From: Dehalococcoidia bacterium | GTDB lineage: Bacteria; Chloroflexota; Dehalococcoidia; Lucifugimonadales; Lucifugimonadaceae | Assembly (NCBI GenBank): GCA_965220515.1 | Contig: OZ244831.1 | Span: forward strand, 975,322 to 999,321 | Length of the DNA: 24,000 nt | Direction: 5' to 3' | Shown: positions 11,728-20,261 of the stretch, in pieces | Position numbering within the stretch: position 1 is the stretch's first letter | Layout of the letters: every line of letters begins with the position of its first letter | The notes under the pieces: model-generated | Databases searched by the model: none | Told to the model about the DNA's origin: nothing | What the model saw: the letters and a program-made list of their open reading frames with translations, nothing else | Translations under genes and position numbers: made by a program

Positions 11728-13875
11728 ATGAAGCTGTCACGATCGGTGCGATTCTCGATCCTAGCTCTGATAGTCCTGACGTCCGCGCTAATTGCCGCTT
11801 GCACGGATGAGCCGGAACCAGTCACGATCATCAAAGAGGTTCCAGTAGAGGTCATCAAGGAGGTGGAAGTTGAGAAGGAGGTGATTAAGGAAGTTGAGGT
11901 GGAGAAGGAGGTGATCAAGGAAGTTGAAGTGGAGAAAGAGGTGATCAAAGAGGTCGAAGTAGAGGTGGAAAAGGTGGTGGAGAAGATTGTCGAGGTGGAG
12001 AAGATCGTGGAGCCCACTCCGGAACCGGAGGTTTCAGCGGGGCCGCCGATTTACCAGATGGGCATCTTTGAGGAGCCAATCTCTAGGAACTTCTGGAACT
12101 ACTACGGTGGACCTGCCGGTTCAGTGTGGACCCAGTATGTCCTCGACGGTCATTCGGGCGCGCTCTACGGCTACTCGGACCAACGTTTCGACTGGGTGCC
12201 AGGCCTCGCAGCAGATTTCCCGACAGACTTGACCAAAGAGACGGTCGGTGACGGCGAGTTTTGGACGGCAGAGGTGCCCATCAGGAACGACGTCGTGTGG
12301 AGCGACGGCGAAGGGTTGGACGCCGGAGATTTCGTCTTTACCGTCAACACCGTCATCGACTTGAGCCTCTCGTCGAACTGGGCATCGGTGGTCGACCAGG
12401 CTTTTCTTGACCGCGTGGAGGCGCTCGACAGTCACACGTTGAAGGTGTTCTTCAAGACTGCGGACGATGAAGGCAATCCCCTGACACCCGGGTTGAGCGT
12501 CTGGCAGTTTGGACTCGGTTTCATGCCCGTGCTGGCCGAACACTACTGGACACCGGTGGTCGAAGAGGCGAAGAAAGCCGGTGAGATCGAGCAGCAGCAA
12601 GAAGCGCTGTTCGCGCATGTACCCGAAGGTGAACCTACACTTGGCGGATTCACCTTCAACAAGTGGGAGCCCGGCGCTTTCTTCGAGAACAACACCGATC
12701 CCAACTACTTCGACAGTGGAACGGTAGTCACGTTGTACGACAACGGGGCGTATTCGGTTTCCAATGACCGCACGGGACACTCCGCGACCTACTTCGGAGA
12801 TGCCAGCGGCGACAAGGTGCTCGAGTACACTGTCGGGCCGCACGTCGAGTCTGAGCTATTCAGCATCTACGGCAACCAAGATGCGGCGATCCTCGCTCTC
12901 ACGAAAGGCGACATCGACTATGTCTTCAATCCGCTCGGTCTTGAAAAAGGTTTCCTCGACCGTGTCAGGAACACCCCTGACCTACAGATAGCCGCGAACG
13001 CGAACAACGGCGTCCGATACATCGGGTTCAACGTCCGTAAAGCCCCGATGAACATCACCGAGTTCAGACAAGCCGTCGCCACGGTGATCGACAAGGAGTT
13101 CGTCGCAAGGACCGTCCTCCAAGACGCGGCCATACCCGTCTATGCCATGGTGCCCGAAGGCAACGAGTTCTGGCACAACGCCGACGTGCCAAAGTACGGG
13201 CAGGATCTGAGCCGCGGCGATCGGATAGCCCAAGCTGTCGAGCTTCTCAAGAGCGCCGGATTCACATACGAGGAAGAGCCGGAGATCAGCGAGGACGGCA
13301 ACTTCGTCGCCAAGCAAGGCAAGGGTCTCAAGATGCCGGACGGTACGCCAGTACCCGAGATGACGCTTATAGCGCCAAGTGCGGGATACGATCCCATGCG
13401 GTCAACATTCGCCATCTGGGCCGACCGGTGGATGAACGACATCGGGATACCAGTCCGCGCCCACCTGACCGGCTTCAACGTGATCGTGGACGAACTCTTC
13501 AGCGATACCGTCGCGGAAGACCTCGACATGTGGATGCTCGGTTGGGGACTGTCGATCTTCCCGGACTACCTTGAGAACTTCTTCCACAGCAGGCACTCCC
13601 CTGAGATCGGAGGCGGTTACAACTGGGGCGGATACGCCAACAGCCAGTTCGACGAACTCGCTCTTGGACTGCTCTCTGAAACGACCATAGATGGAGCGCG
13701 CGAAAAGGTTTTCCAGCTTCAAGAATTCCTAGCCGAAGAACTGCCCTACGTGCCTCTATTCACCACGCCGAAGTTGGACGCGTACCGTCCATCGCGGGTC
13801 GAGTTCCCCTACACTTCGGTGCTCGGCGGACTGGAACAGCTGAACGGGATGCAACAGGAAGCAGTGATCAAGTAG
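11728..13875 (+). CDS. ABC transporter substrate-binding lipoprotein, family 5 (peptide/nickel, OppA/DppA-like)
   Basis: Has a signal peptide with lipobox LIAAC, a repetitive Glu/Val/Lys linker, then a long SBP_bac_5-like body (GVRYIGFNVRKAPMN, LGWGLSIFPDYLENFF). RBS AAGGGAG lies 8 nt upstream. Confidence 0.9.
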   Translation: MKLSRSVRFSILALIVLTSALIAACTDEPEPVTIIKEVPVEVIKEVEVEKEVIKEVEVEKEVIKEVEVEKEVIKEVEVEVEKVVEKIVEVEKIVEPTPEPEVSAGPPIYQMGIFEEPISRNFWNYYGGPAGSVWTQYVLDGHSGALYGYSDQRFDWVPGLAADFPTDLTKETVGDGEFWTAEVPIRNDVVWSDGEGLDAGDFVFTVNTVIDLSLSSNWASVVDQAFLDRVEALDSHTLKVFFKTADDEGNPLTPGLSVWQFGLGFMPVLAEHYWTPVVEEAKKAGEIEQQQEALFAHVPEGEPTLGGFTFNKWEPGAFFENNTDPNYFDSGTVVTLYDNGAYSVSNDRTGHSATYFGDASGDKVLEYTVGPHVESELFSIYGNQDAAILALTKGDIDYVFNPLGLEKGFLDRVRNTPDLQIAANANNGVRYIGFNVRKAPMNITEFRQAVATVIDKEFVARTVLQDAAIPVYAMVPEGNEFWHNADVPKYGQDLSRGDRIAQAVELLKSAGFTYEEEPEISEDGNFVAKQGKGLKMPDGTPVPEMTLIAPSAGYDPMRSTFAIWADRWMNDIGIPVRAHLTGFNVIVDELFSDTVAEDLDMWMLGWGLSIFPDYLENFFHSRHSPEIGGGYNWGGYANSQFDELALGLLSETTIDGAREKVFQLQEFLAEELPYVPLFTTPKLDAYRPSRVEFPYTSVLGGLEQLNGMQQEAVIK
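11833..12012 (+). repeat. 30-bp tandem coding repeat encoding a (KEVEVEKEVI)n acidic linker
   Basis: GAGGTGAT(T/C)AAGGAAGTTGA(G/A)GTGGAGAA(G/A) is repeated about 3.5 times, with degenerate units on both sides. The peptide is VIKEVEVEKEVIKEVEVEKEVIKEVEVEKEVIKEVEVEVEKVVEKIVEVEKIVE. Confidence 0.85.
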
Positions 13876-13880
13876 TATCT

Positions 13881-13939
13881 CGTCCCCTTCGCGAAGCGAG
13901 GGGGACGCGAGCAAGCGAAGCGACGCTCGCAGGGGGTGC
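13881..13939 (-). repeat. GC-rich hairpin repeat, copy F (inverted; intra-operon, 6 nt after the SBP stop)
   Basis: The reverse complement GCACCCCCTGCGAGCGTCGCTTCGCTTGCTCGCGTCCCCCTCGCTTCGCGAAGGGGACG shares an identical 18-nt core with copy D and keeps the hairpin. Confidence 0.8.
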
Positions 13940-13994
13940 CCAGGGCGAACGGGCGGAACGGTTGCCACGCAGCCATGATTCCCACTGATGACTG

Positions 13995-15143
13995 ATGACC
14001 AAGTACCTTCTGAAGAGGTCGGTGCAGATCCTCGTCACCCTGTTCGTCTTTCTGTCGCTCGTTTTCTTCATCGTCAACGCCCAACCGGGAGATGTCAGCA
14101 ACTTCTATGCGCTGAACCCTGATGTCCCGCCTGAGACGCGGGAGCGGCTACAGGATCTGTTCGGTGTGAACGAACCACTGTGGAAGCAGTACGTAGTCCA
14201 CATCAAAAACACGTTCACCGGGAACTTCGGTATCTCCTTCAGTCACTATCCGAGGTCGGTGGCCGATGTCATCAAGGAGAGGCTGCCTAGGACGGTCGTA
14301 CTTTTCATGACCGCGACCGCCCTCTCCTTCTATCTCGGGTTTGGTCTCGGAAAGGTCGTCGCGTGGCGGAGGGGAGGATGGTTCGAATATACGTCCACTG
14401 TCAGCGGAGTCACGCTCTACACGGTCTTCACTCCGTGGTTCGGACTGATGATGATCTGGCTCTTCGCGTTCAAAGCGGGTTGGTTCCCGATCGGCAAATT
14501 CCTCGATCCCGTCCTATGGCGGGATGCACCCATCGACGCCAATTCGGTGTTTACTCAAATGATCTTGACAGCATTTGTGGTGTCGTTCGTGGTGCTGACC
14601 GTGTTCGTTGTCACGGCACAGAGGCGGATGAGCAACGCGCGGATCATTCGCGTCGTTAGCATGGTTTTGGCTACTCTCGCCGTAGTTGCGGTCTGGATGG
14701 CGTCGGGAACGGTCACCTATGCATGGGACATCTTGCGGCACATGGTCCTGCCCGTAGCGACGCTCACATTGATCAGCTTCGCGGGCACGATGCTGCTCAC
14801 TCGCAACAGCATGCTCGAGACGATGCGCGAGGACTTTGTGATGGCCGCGCGGGCGAAGGGGTTACCCGAGTCCGCCATCCGCGACAAGCACGTCGCACGT
14901 AACGCCCTGCTCCCTGTCGTCACGAGCTTCATTTTCAGCCTCGCATTCGCGGTCGATGGCGGCGTCATCACAGAGTCGATATTCTCGTGGCCCGGTATGG
15001 GCCAGACGCTTGTATCGGCGACGCTGACCGAAGACCTTCCTCTGGCGGTCGGCGCGTTCGTCTTCGTAGGAATCTTCGTCCTAGTCGCCCACCTCATCGC
15101 GGACATCCTGTACGCGTATCTCGACCCGAGGATCCGGTACTAA
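13995..15143 (+). CDS. ABC peptide transporter permease (OppB/DppB-like)
   Basis: 382 aa with multiple TM segments and the BPD_transp_1 signature region MREDFVMAARAKGLPESAIRDKHVARNALLPV. Confidence 0.9.
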   Translation: MTKYLLKRSVQILVTLFVFLSLVFFIVNAQPGDVSNFYALNPDVPPETRERLQDLFGVNEPLWKQYVVHIKNTFTGNFGISFSHYPRSVADVIKERLPRTVVLFMTATALSFYLGFGLGKVVAWRRGGWFEYTSTVSGVTLYTVFTPWFGLMMIWLFAFKAGWFPIGKFLDPVLWRDAPIDANSVFTQMILTAFVVSFVVLTVFVVTAQRRMSNARIIRVVSMVLATLAVVAVWMASGTVTYAWDILRHMVLPVATLTLISFAGTMLLTRNSMLETMREDFVMAARAKGLPESAIRDKHVARNALLPVVTSFIFSLAFAVDGGVITESIFSWPGMGQTLVSATLTEDLPLAVGAFVFVGIFVLVAHLIADILYAYLDPRIRY

Positions 15144-16093
15144 TGGCGACCGTTGACGCTCAACCTGCCGTACCGAGCTCTGTTTGGCGAGCGCGTCTGA
15201 GGCTGGCAGCTCGATCCATTCGCGAGAACTGGAATCTGTTCATCAGAACCCGTATCGGTTTGATAGGTCTGGCGATCATCGCCATGTATGCGCTGCTGGC
15301 CGCGGCGCACCCTATCCTGATGAACACCGTCTGGGAACCGCGGATCTACGATCCGGTCATTGGTTACGCGTTCGACGAGACTAAGCAACCTGCGCCGCCA
15401 AGCCTAAAACACCCATTGGGCACCGATCCACTAGGCAGGGACATCCTAAGCCAGCTCATGTTCAGCGCGAGGTCAGAGTTCCTCCTCGGCTTGCTCGCCG
15501 CGACCGTAACCGTCGTCATCGGAACCTCTGTGGGCGCGATCGCTGCATACTTCGGAGGCATCGTCGACACGATCCTCATGAGACTCGCCGACATCATGAT
15601 CATGATGCCTGCCATCAGTGTCCTGATCGTCCTCAGCGCGCTCATCGGGGTCGATCACTTCGAACTGGCACTGTTGATCGGCATCCTTTCCGGCTTTGGC
15701 GCCACTGGCGTGGTGCTAAAGTCGCAGGCTCTGTCCGTAGTCGTCAAGCCATACATCGACGCTGCAAGGAGCGCAGGGGGAGGACACTTCCACATCATCT
15801 TGGTACACATCGTGCCGAATCTTCTCCCGCTTTCATTCCTCTACATGATGTTCACCGTCACCAGCGCGATCTTCTCCGAAGCGGTGCTGAGCTTCCTCGG
15901 CCTCCTCAACGTGCGGATGAGTTGGGGGCTGATGATCCATACCACCGAGTCCGCCGGATACCTCTTGCAGGTCGCCGAGTTCTGGTGGCTGATATTCCCT
16001 GCCAGTCTGTCCATCACGCTGCTATGTTCCGCTTTCTATCTCGTCGGCCGCTCGCTCGACGAGGTGGTGAATCCAAGGCTGAGGAGCCGATGA
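15143..16093 (+). CDS. ABC peptide transporter permease (OppC/DppC-like)
   Basis: The start is reassigned to ATG 15143 (MATVDAQPAVPSS...), which overlaps the upstream TAA as TAATG. The track ORF start at 14987 lies inside the previous gene. The protein has HPLGTDPLGRDILSQ and permease TM segments. Confidence 0.9.
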   Translation: MATVDAQPAVPSSVWRARLRLAARSIRENWNLFIRTRIGLIGLAIIAMYALLAAAHPILMNTVWEPRIYDPVIGYAFDETKQPAPPSLKHPLGTDPLGRDILSQLMFSARSEFLLGLLAATVTVVIGTSVGAIAAYFGGIVDTILMRLADIMIMMPAISVLIVLSALIGVDHFELALLIGILSGFGATGVVLKSQALSVVVKPYIDAARSAGGGHFHIILVHIVPNLLPLSFLYMMFTVTSAIFSEAVLSFLGLLNVRMSWGLMIHTTESAGYLLQVAEFWWLIFPASLSITLLCSAFYLVGRSLDEVVNPRLRSR

Positions 16094-17055
16094 CCGCCGA
16101 TCCAGTCCTAGTCGTCGATGACTTGAAGATGCACTATATGACGCAAGCGGGAGTAGTGCGTGCAGTCGATGGTGTCTCATTCTCGGTGGAACGAGGACAG
16201 TCACTCGGACTCGTTGGCGAATCCGGTTGCGGCAAGTCGTCGATTGCTATGACCCTGCTCAAGCTGCTGCCGGACAACGCGAGGCTCGTTTCGGGGAGTA
16301 TCGCATTGAACGGTGTCGATCTCGTGCCCCTCAGCGAAAACGAGATGAGGCCCCACCGATGGGACCGCATCTCGATGGTGTTTCAAGCCGCTATGAACTC
16401 CCTCGATCCCGTCTACCGTGTCGGAGACCAGATCGTAGAGGCGTTGGAGGCGCACTCCTCGTCGGCAGGTCGAGACGCGATGGAGCGAGTGCATGAACTA
16501 TTCGATCTGGTGAGCCTCGACCCGAGCTACATATTGCGCTACCCGCATGAGTACAGCGGCGGCATGAGACAGCGCGCCATCATTGCCATGGCGTTGGCGT
16601 GCGAGCCGGACATCATCATCGCCGACGAGCCAACTACGGCGCTAGACGTGATCGTCCAAGACCACATACTCCGGGAGATGCAGGCGATCCAACGGTCACT
16701 CGATATGAGCATGATCTATATCTCTCACGACATGGCTGTGATCGCCGAGGTATGCGATGTTGTGGGCGTGATGTACGCCGGGAAACTAGTCGAGTTCGGG
16801 CCCACCGCCGACGTATACGCAAGACCAATCCATCCCTATACTCGAGCGCTTATGTCTGCTTTTCCTAGCGTGAGAGGCGAGAAGCACGAACTGGTGACCC
16901 TCCCCGGAGAGCCTCCGAACCTTTTGGATCCGCCTAGCGGATGCGCCTTCAATCCGCGATGCGCATACGCAACTGACGAGTGCCGAACCTCCGCGCCGCC
17001 GATCGTAAAGCGTGGCGACCAATGGGCGTCCTGCTGGAATCCGTCGGAAGAGTGA
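16090..17055 (+). CDS. ABC peptide transporter ATP-binding protein (OppD/DppD-like)
   Basis: The start is reassigned to ATG 16090 (ATGA overlap with the permease stop). Has Walker A GESGCGKSS, signature YSGGMRQR and Walker B IIIADEPTTALD, plus a C-terminal four-Cys oligopeptide-transporter extension. Confidence 0.92.
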   Translation: MTADPVLVVDDLKMHYMTQAGVVRAVDGVSFSVERGQSLGLVGESGCGKSSIAMTLLKLLPDNARLVSGSIALNGVDLVPLSENEMRPHRWDRISMVFQAAMNSLDPVYRVGDQIVEALEAHSSSAGRDAMERVHELFDLVSLDPSYILRYPHEYSGGMRQRAIIAMALACEPDIIIADEPTTALDVIVQDHILREMQAIQRSLDMSMIYISHDMAVIAEVCDVVGVMYAGKLVEFGPTADVYARPIHPYTRALMSAFPSVRGEKHELVTLPGEPPNLLDPPSGCAFNPRCAYATDECRTSAPPIVKRGDQWASCWNPSEE

Positions 17056-17059
17056 AGCC

Positions 17060-18079
17060 ATGAACCACACTCAACCCGTTTCCGCAACCACTTCTCGCCT
17101 GCTGTTGAGAGCCGTCGACCTTTCGAAGCGGTTTCCCCTGTCCTCGGGATGGTGGGATCGAAATCCTAGCTTTGTCCACGCCGTGGACGGTGTGTCGTTT
17201 GATTTGATGGCAGGGGAAACTCTCGGGATCGTCGGCGAATCAGGATGCGGCAAGACGACCACAGGCAAGATGCTGGTGAGGTTGGCAGAACCGACTGAAG
17301 GCCAAGTACTTTTCGAGAACGAGTCTGGCGACCTTGAGGACATCGCACACCTCAAGGGTCAACCTCTAAAAGACTTCAGGCGCAGGGCGCAGATGGTGTT
17401 CCAAGACCCGTACGAGTCGATGAATCCCAGGCGGACGATCTTCGATACGGTCGCAGAACCGTTGCAGGTCCAGAAGATCGGCGATCACGCGGAGCGGTTG
17501 GAACGTGTCTCGGAGACCTTGGGTTTGGTCGGCTTGACGCCACCTTCTTCATTCCTCTTCAGATTCCCACACGAGTTGTCAGGTGGTCAGAGGCAGCGCG
17601 TAGCGATAGCAAGAGCACTAGTGATGAACCCGTCGTTCGTGGTTGCGGACGAGCCGACGTCGATGTTGGACATCTCCATCAGGACCGGCATCATGCAACT
17701 CATGGGCGAGTTGGCAGATCGCCTAGGCATCAGCTACCTCTACATCACCCACGACCTCGCCGTCGCGAGATACATGTGCAGCCGAATCGCGGTCATGTAT
17801 CTCGGCAAAATCGTCGAGATGGGCGAGACGGAAGAGGTCCTCCAGAATCCTGTTCACCCGTACACGAAGGCGCTTCTGTCGGCGGTGCCGGTTCCAGACC
17901 CAGAGGCAACCAGAGATCCAATCGACATCAAAGGCTCCGTCTCAGTGCCAGTAGATCCCCTCCCACGATGCAGGTTCTACGACCGCTGCCCAATCGCCGA
18001 CAACTTCTGCCGCGATAGCGACCATCCTCCGCTAGAGGACAAGGGAAGTGGACGGTTGGCTGCGTGCTACAAAACGTGA
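17060..18079 (+). CDS. ABC peptide transporter ATP-binding protein (OppF/DppF-like)
   Basis: The start is reassigned to ATG 17060 (MNHTQPVS...). Has Walker [10 protein letters not shown], signature LSGGQRQR and Walker [13 protein letters not shown], plus a C-terminal four-Cys extension. Confidence 0.92.
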   Translation: MNHTQPVSATTSRLLLRAVDLSKRFPLSSGWWDRNPSFVHAVDGVSFDLMAGETLGIVGESGCGKTTTGKMLVRLAEPTEGQVLFENESGDLEDIAHLKGQPLKDFRRRAQMVFQDPYESMNPRRTIFDTVAEPLQVQKIGDHAERLERVSETLGLVGLTPPSSFLFRFPHELSGGQRQRVAIARALVMNPSFVVADEPTSMLDISIRTGIMQLMGELADRLGISYLYITHDLAVARYMCSRIAVMYLGKIVEMGETEEVLQNPVHPYTKALLSAVPVPDPEATRDPIDIKGSVSVPVDPLPRCRFYDRCPIADNFCRDSDHPPLEDKGSGRLAACYKT

Positions 18080-18083
18080 TCGG

Positions 18084-18110
18084 TTCGGCATGCGGCAGAT
18101 CGATGCCGAA
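18084..18110 (+). terminator. Stem-loop after the opp-like operon (possible terminator, no U-tract)
   Basis: TTCGGCAT (18084-18091) pairs with ATGCCGAA (18103-18110) across an 11-nt loop, starting 5 nt after the stop codon. Confidence 0.35.
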
Positions 18111-18144
18111 TAGTGGGATGCGGGACGCGAAAGGCTGAACCAAA

Positions 18145-18237
18145 TGGCGGAGGGTGCGGGATTCGAACCCGCGAGGGGGCTCAACACCCCCAACCCGCTT
18201 AGCAGGCGGGCGCACTAGGCCTCTATGCGAACCCTCC
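18145..18237 (-). tRNA. tRNA-Ser (anticodon GCU), class II with long variable arm, encoded CCA
   Basis: The reverse complement is GGAGGGTTCGCATAGAGGCCTAGTGCGCCCGCCTGCTAAGCGGGTTGGGGGTGTTGAGCCCCCTCGCGGGTTCGAATCCCGCACCCTCCGCCA. It has a 7-bp acceptor stem, a GCGGG-TTCGAAT-CCCGC T-arm, anticodon loop CTGCTAA and a long variable stem-loop. Confidence 0.9.
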
Positions 18238-18320
18238 GTGCCTGATGCTTTTAATTCTAATGCCCTAGCGTAGGGATTAGGTTTGAAACCTGCCCCTACA
18301 CGTGGAGTCCGCCTCCGAGT

Positions 18321-19142
18321 TCAGGAAATTAGTTTTCGGCGCAACAGAACGTACGACAACGGTAACACGATCGCTATCATTCCCACTAGGAATAGCAGGT
18401 CCCACACCATCGAAGCGTCCATCGTATTCGTGGCAAATGCCCTGCTCAGGTTGACCGCGGGTGCCAAGGGTATGAAGTTCGAGATCGTCTGCGCCCACGA
18501 CGGCAACACTTCGAAGGGATAGAAGATGCCGCTGAACATGAACATCGGTGTACCGACTACTGTGAAAACCAATGTCACAAAGTTCACATGCGGCGCTGTC
18601 GAAGAGAACAGGAAGCCGACACCCGCAAAAAGCACTGCCACCAGAAAAACGGGAAGCACGACGAATACCACTGTCCACTCGTTGATCCAGCCGAAAGCCA
18701 AGGCGATGACAGTAATCGACGCCATGCTGATGAACGCTCGGGTAACACCGAACGAAATATCCGCGATCAACACCTCTAACACCGATAACGGTGCGGTCAA
18801 CTGCGTGTCGTAAAGTTGGTTCTCCATCCGGTTGTAGGCTCCCATCGAACACTCCACCATCGGCACGAACATCGCGCTTCCGACGATGATTCCGGGTGCC
18901 ACGAACTCCGGATATGGAATCTCGGTTCCCGGTACGGTCGGTACCAACCTTCCGATGCCAACGCCGACGCCGATCATCATCACTACCGGCTCAACGAACA
19001 TGAACGCCACCGCGTACTTCCAGAATCGAATGAACGCGAACCAGTGCCGAATCCACAACGCCGCAATGCTCCGATAGCGGATTCCGGCGATTGTCTTCAA
19101 CTCGGCCCTAGTCTGGTTGATGAATATCGTTTCTGTGCTCAT
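18321..19142 (-). CDS. ABC-2 type exporter permease
   Basis: 273 aa and strongly hydrophobic, with about 6 TM segments. Its ATG overlaps the upstream ATPase stop by 4 bp, a typical ABC-2 (NodJ/DrrB-like) layout. Confidence 0.8.
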   Translation of the reverse strand: MSTETIFINQTRAELKTIAGIRYRSIAALWIRHWFAFIRFWKYAVAFMFVEPVVMMIGVGVGIGRLVPTVPGTEIPYPEFVAPGIIVGSAMFVPMVECSMGAYNRMENQLYDTQLTAPLSVLEVLIADISFGVTRAFISMASITVIALAFGWINEWTVVFVVLPVFLVAVLFAGVGFLFSSTAPHVNFVTLVFTVVGTPMFMFSGIFYPFEVLPSWAQTISNFIPLAPAVNLSRAFATNTMDASMVWDLLFLVGMIAIVLPLSYVLLRRKLIS

Positions 19143-20095
19143 TCGTCTCTCAACTCTCTACCAGTCAGGACCAGGAACACGTCCTCCAAGTGCGCTGGAC
19201 GATACGTGACACGCATGTCAGCTATGCCCGTGAGCGTCGAGACATCCGGCTTGGAGTCGCGCGGAGCCGTGACCAGTATCCTCGGTCCAACCTCGCTGTA
19301 ATCGCGTCCTTCTTCATCCAGCTGACGTCGTAGCGCTACTCGCTCCTCACGCGTGGCAGACTCGCTGATCTGCAACATCGCGACTTCAGCACCGACGTGA
19401 TGCCTGACGACCTCATCGGGCTCGCCGATGTCGAGGATGTTGCCGTGATCCATGATCGCCAAGCGATCGCACAGCGTCTCTGCCTCGATCATGTAGTGGG
19501 TTGACATGATGATCGTCACGCCCGATTCTTTCAATGCCCCTAGCTGTTCCCATACCCGATTGCGGCTCTGGGGGTCCAGACCTGTAGTCGGTTCGTCCAT
19601 GACCAGCAGCTGCGGACTCGCCATCATCGCGCGCGCAATCGCCAATCTTCGCTTCATCCCGCCCGACAAGGCGTGAATGCTCGCGTTGGCGCGACTTTCG
19701 AGGTTGAAGAATCCCAACACTTCTTTGGTCCGTTTGATCGCTTCACGGTATGACAACCCTGCCAGATACCCGTGCATCTCCAAGTTCCGATGCACCACCA
19801 ACGAGTTGTCTAGACCATCATGCTGCGTCACTACACCGATGACGTTCCGCACGTCCCGCCCTGACTTTCCGACGTCCATGCCTGCAACCGTGATGGAACC
19901 ATCAGTTGCGGGTGAAAGCCCAGCCAACATGCGCATAGTGGTTGTCTTCCCTGCACCGTTTGGTCCGAGCAACCCGAAGGTCTCGCCCCGCTTCACATCG
20001 AACTCGATGCCGTCAACCGCGCGCAACTCATCGTAGTCCTTAACCAAGTCGGACACGTGCACCAAGTTTTCTGTTGCGACTTGAGTTTGAGACAT
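19139..20095 (-). CDS. ABC exporter ATP-binding protein (DrrA/NodI-like)
   Basis: Has Walker A GPNGAGKTTT, signature LSGGMKRRL, Walker B LLVMDEPTTGLD and H-loop STHYM. Confidence 0.9.
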   Translation of the reverse strand: MSQTQVATENLVHVSDLVKDYDELRAVDGIEFDVKRGETFGLLGPNGAGKTTTMRMLAGLSPATDGSITVAGMDVGKSGRDVRNVIGVVTQHDGLDNSLVVHRNLEMHGYLAGLSYREAIKRTKEVLGFFNLESRANASIHALSGGMKRRLAIARAMMASPQLLVMDEPTTGLDPQSRNRVWEQLGALKESGVTIIMSTHYMIEAETLCDRLAIMDHGNILDIGEPDEVVRHHVGAEVAMLQISESATREERVALRRQLDEEGRDYSEVGPRILVTAPRDSKPDVSTLTGIADMRVTYRPAHLEDVFLVLTGRELRDE

Positions 20096-20261
20096 GATCG
20101 AGTCGTGAAGCGCGCATCAAGGTCGCCGCGCAACGATGCGGTCTAGTTGGGTGGGATAGGGAGGCTGGGCTATATGCCCCGTTACGAGCCGGAAACTTTT
20201 ACCAAATCTTTAAGTATCACTATAACGCCGCAGAAAGCTTCATTCAAACTGAGGGTCAAGT

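Noticed and set aside
11631-12017. 128-aa minus-strand ORF with repeated FSTSTSLITS units
   Set aside because: It is the antisense shadow of the 30-bp tandem repeat encoding the SBP linker, and it overlaps the well-supported SBP gene start and the upstream palindromic element.
12121-12843. 240-aa minus-strand ORF inside the SBP gene
   Set aside because: It is antisense to a gene with clear family-5 SBP similarity, and has no motifs of its own. Long antisense ORFs are expected at this GC content.
9345-13939. The repeat family as a CRISPR array or as integron attC sites
   Set aside because: It is not CRISPR: the spacing is irregular (0.1-2.3 kb) with whole genes between copies, the orientations are mixed, and no cas genes are present. 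An integron is unlikely for four reasons. Orientations are mixed (+,-,+,+,+,-). I could not find RYYYAAC / GTTRRRY core sites at the element ends. No intI gene is in the window. One copy lies inside a housekeeping operon. A formal attC covariance-model search is still worthwhile.
14987-17059. Track start positions 14987, 15922 and 17012 for the second permease and the two ATPases (likewise 21096 for rpsP and 23940 for dtd)
   Set aside because: The upstream extensions overlap the preceding genes and translate to Arg/Pro-rich nonsense. Conserved N-termini and coupling overlaps (TAATG, ATGA) support 15143, 16090, 17060 and 21159. The dtd gene extends beyond the window.
18145-18237. tRNA-Ser as the integration site of a genomic island
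   Set aside because: No integrase, no direct repeat of the tRNA 3' end, and no compositional break were seen next to it. The accessory islet is 6.5 kb away, on the far side of a housekeeping operon.
18277-18852. 191-aa minus-strand ORF overlapping the ABC-2 permease gene in another frame, plus + strand ORFs at 18816-19301
   Set aside because: The 18321-19142 frame gives a coherent multi-TM protein coupled to the ATPase gene by a 4-bp overlap. The alternatives are Arg/His/Cys-rich off-frame products.
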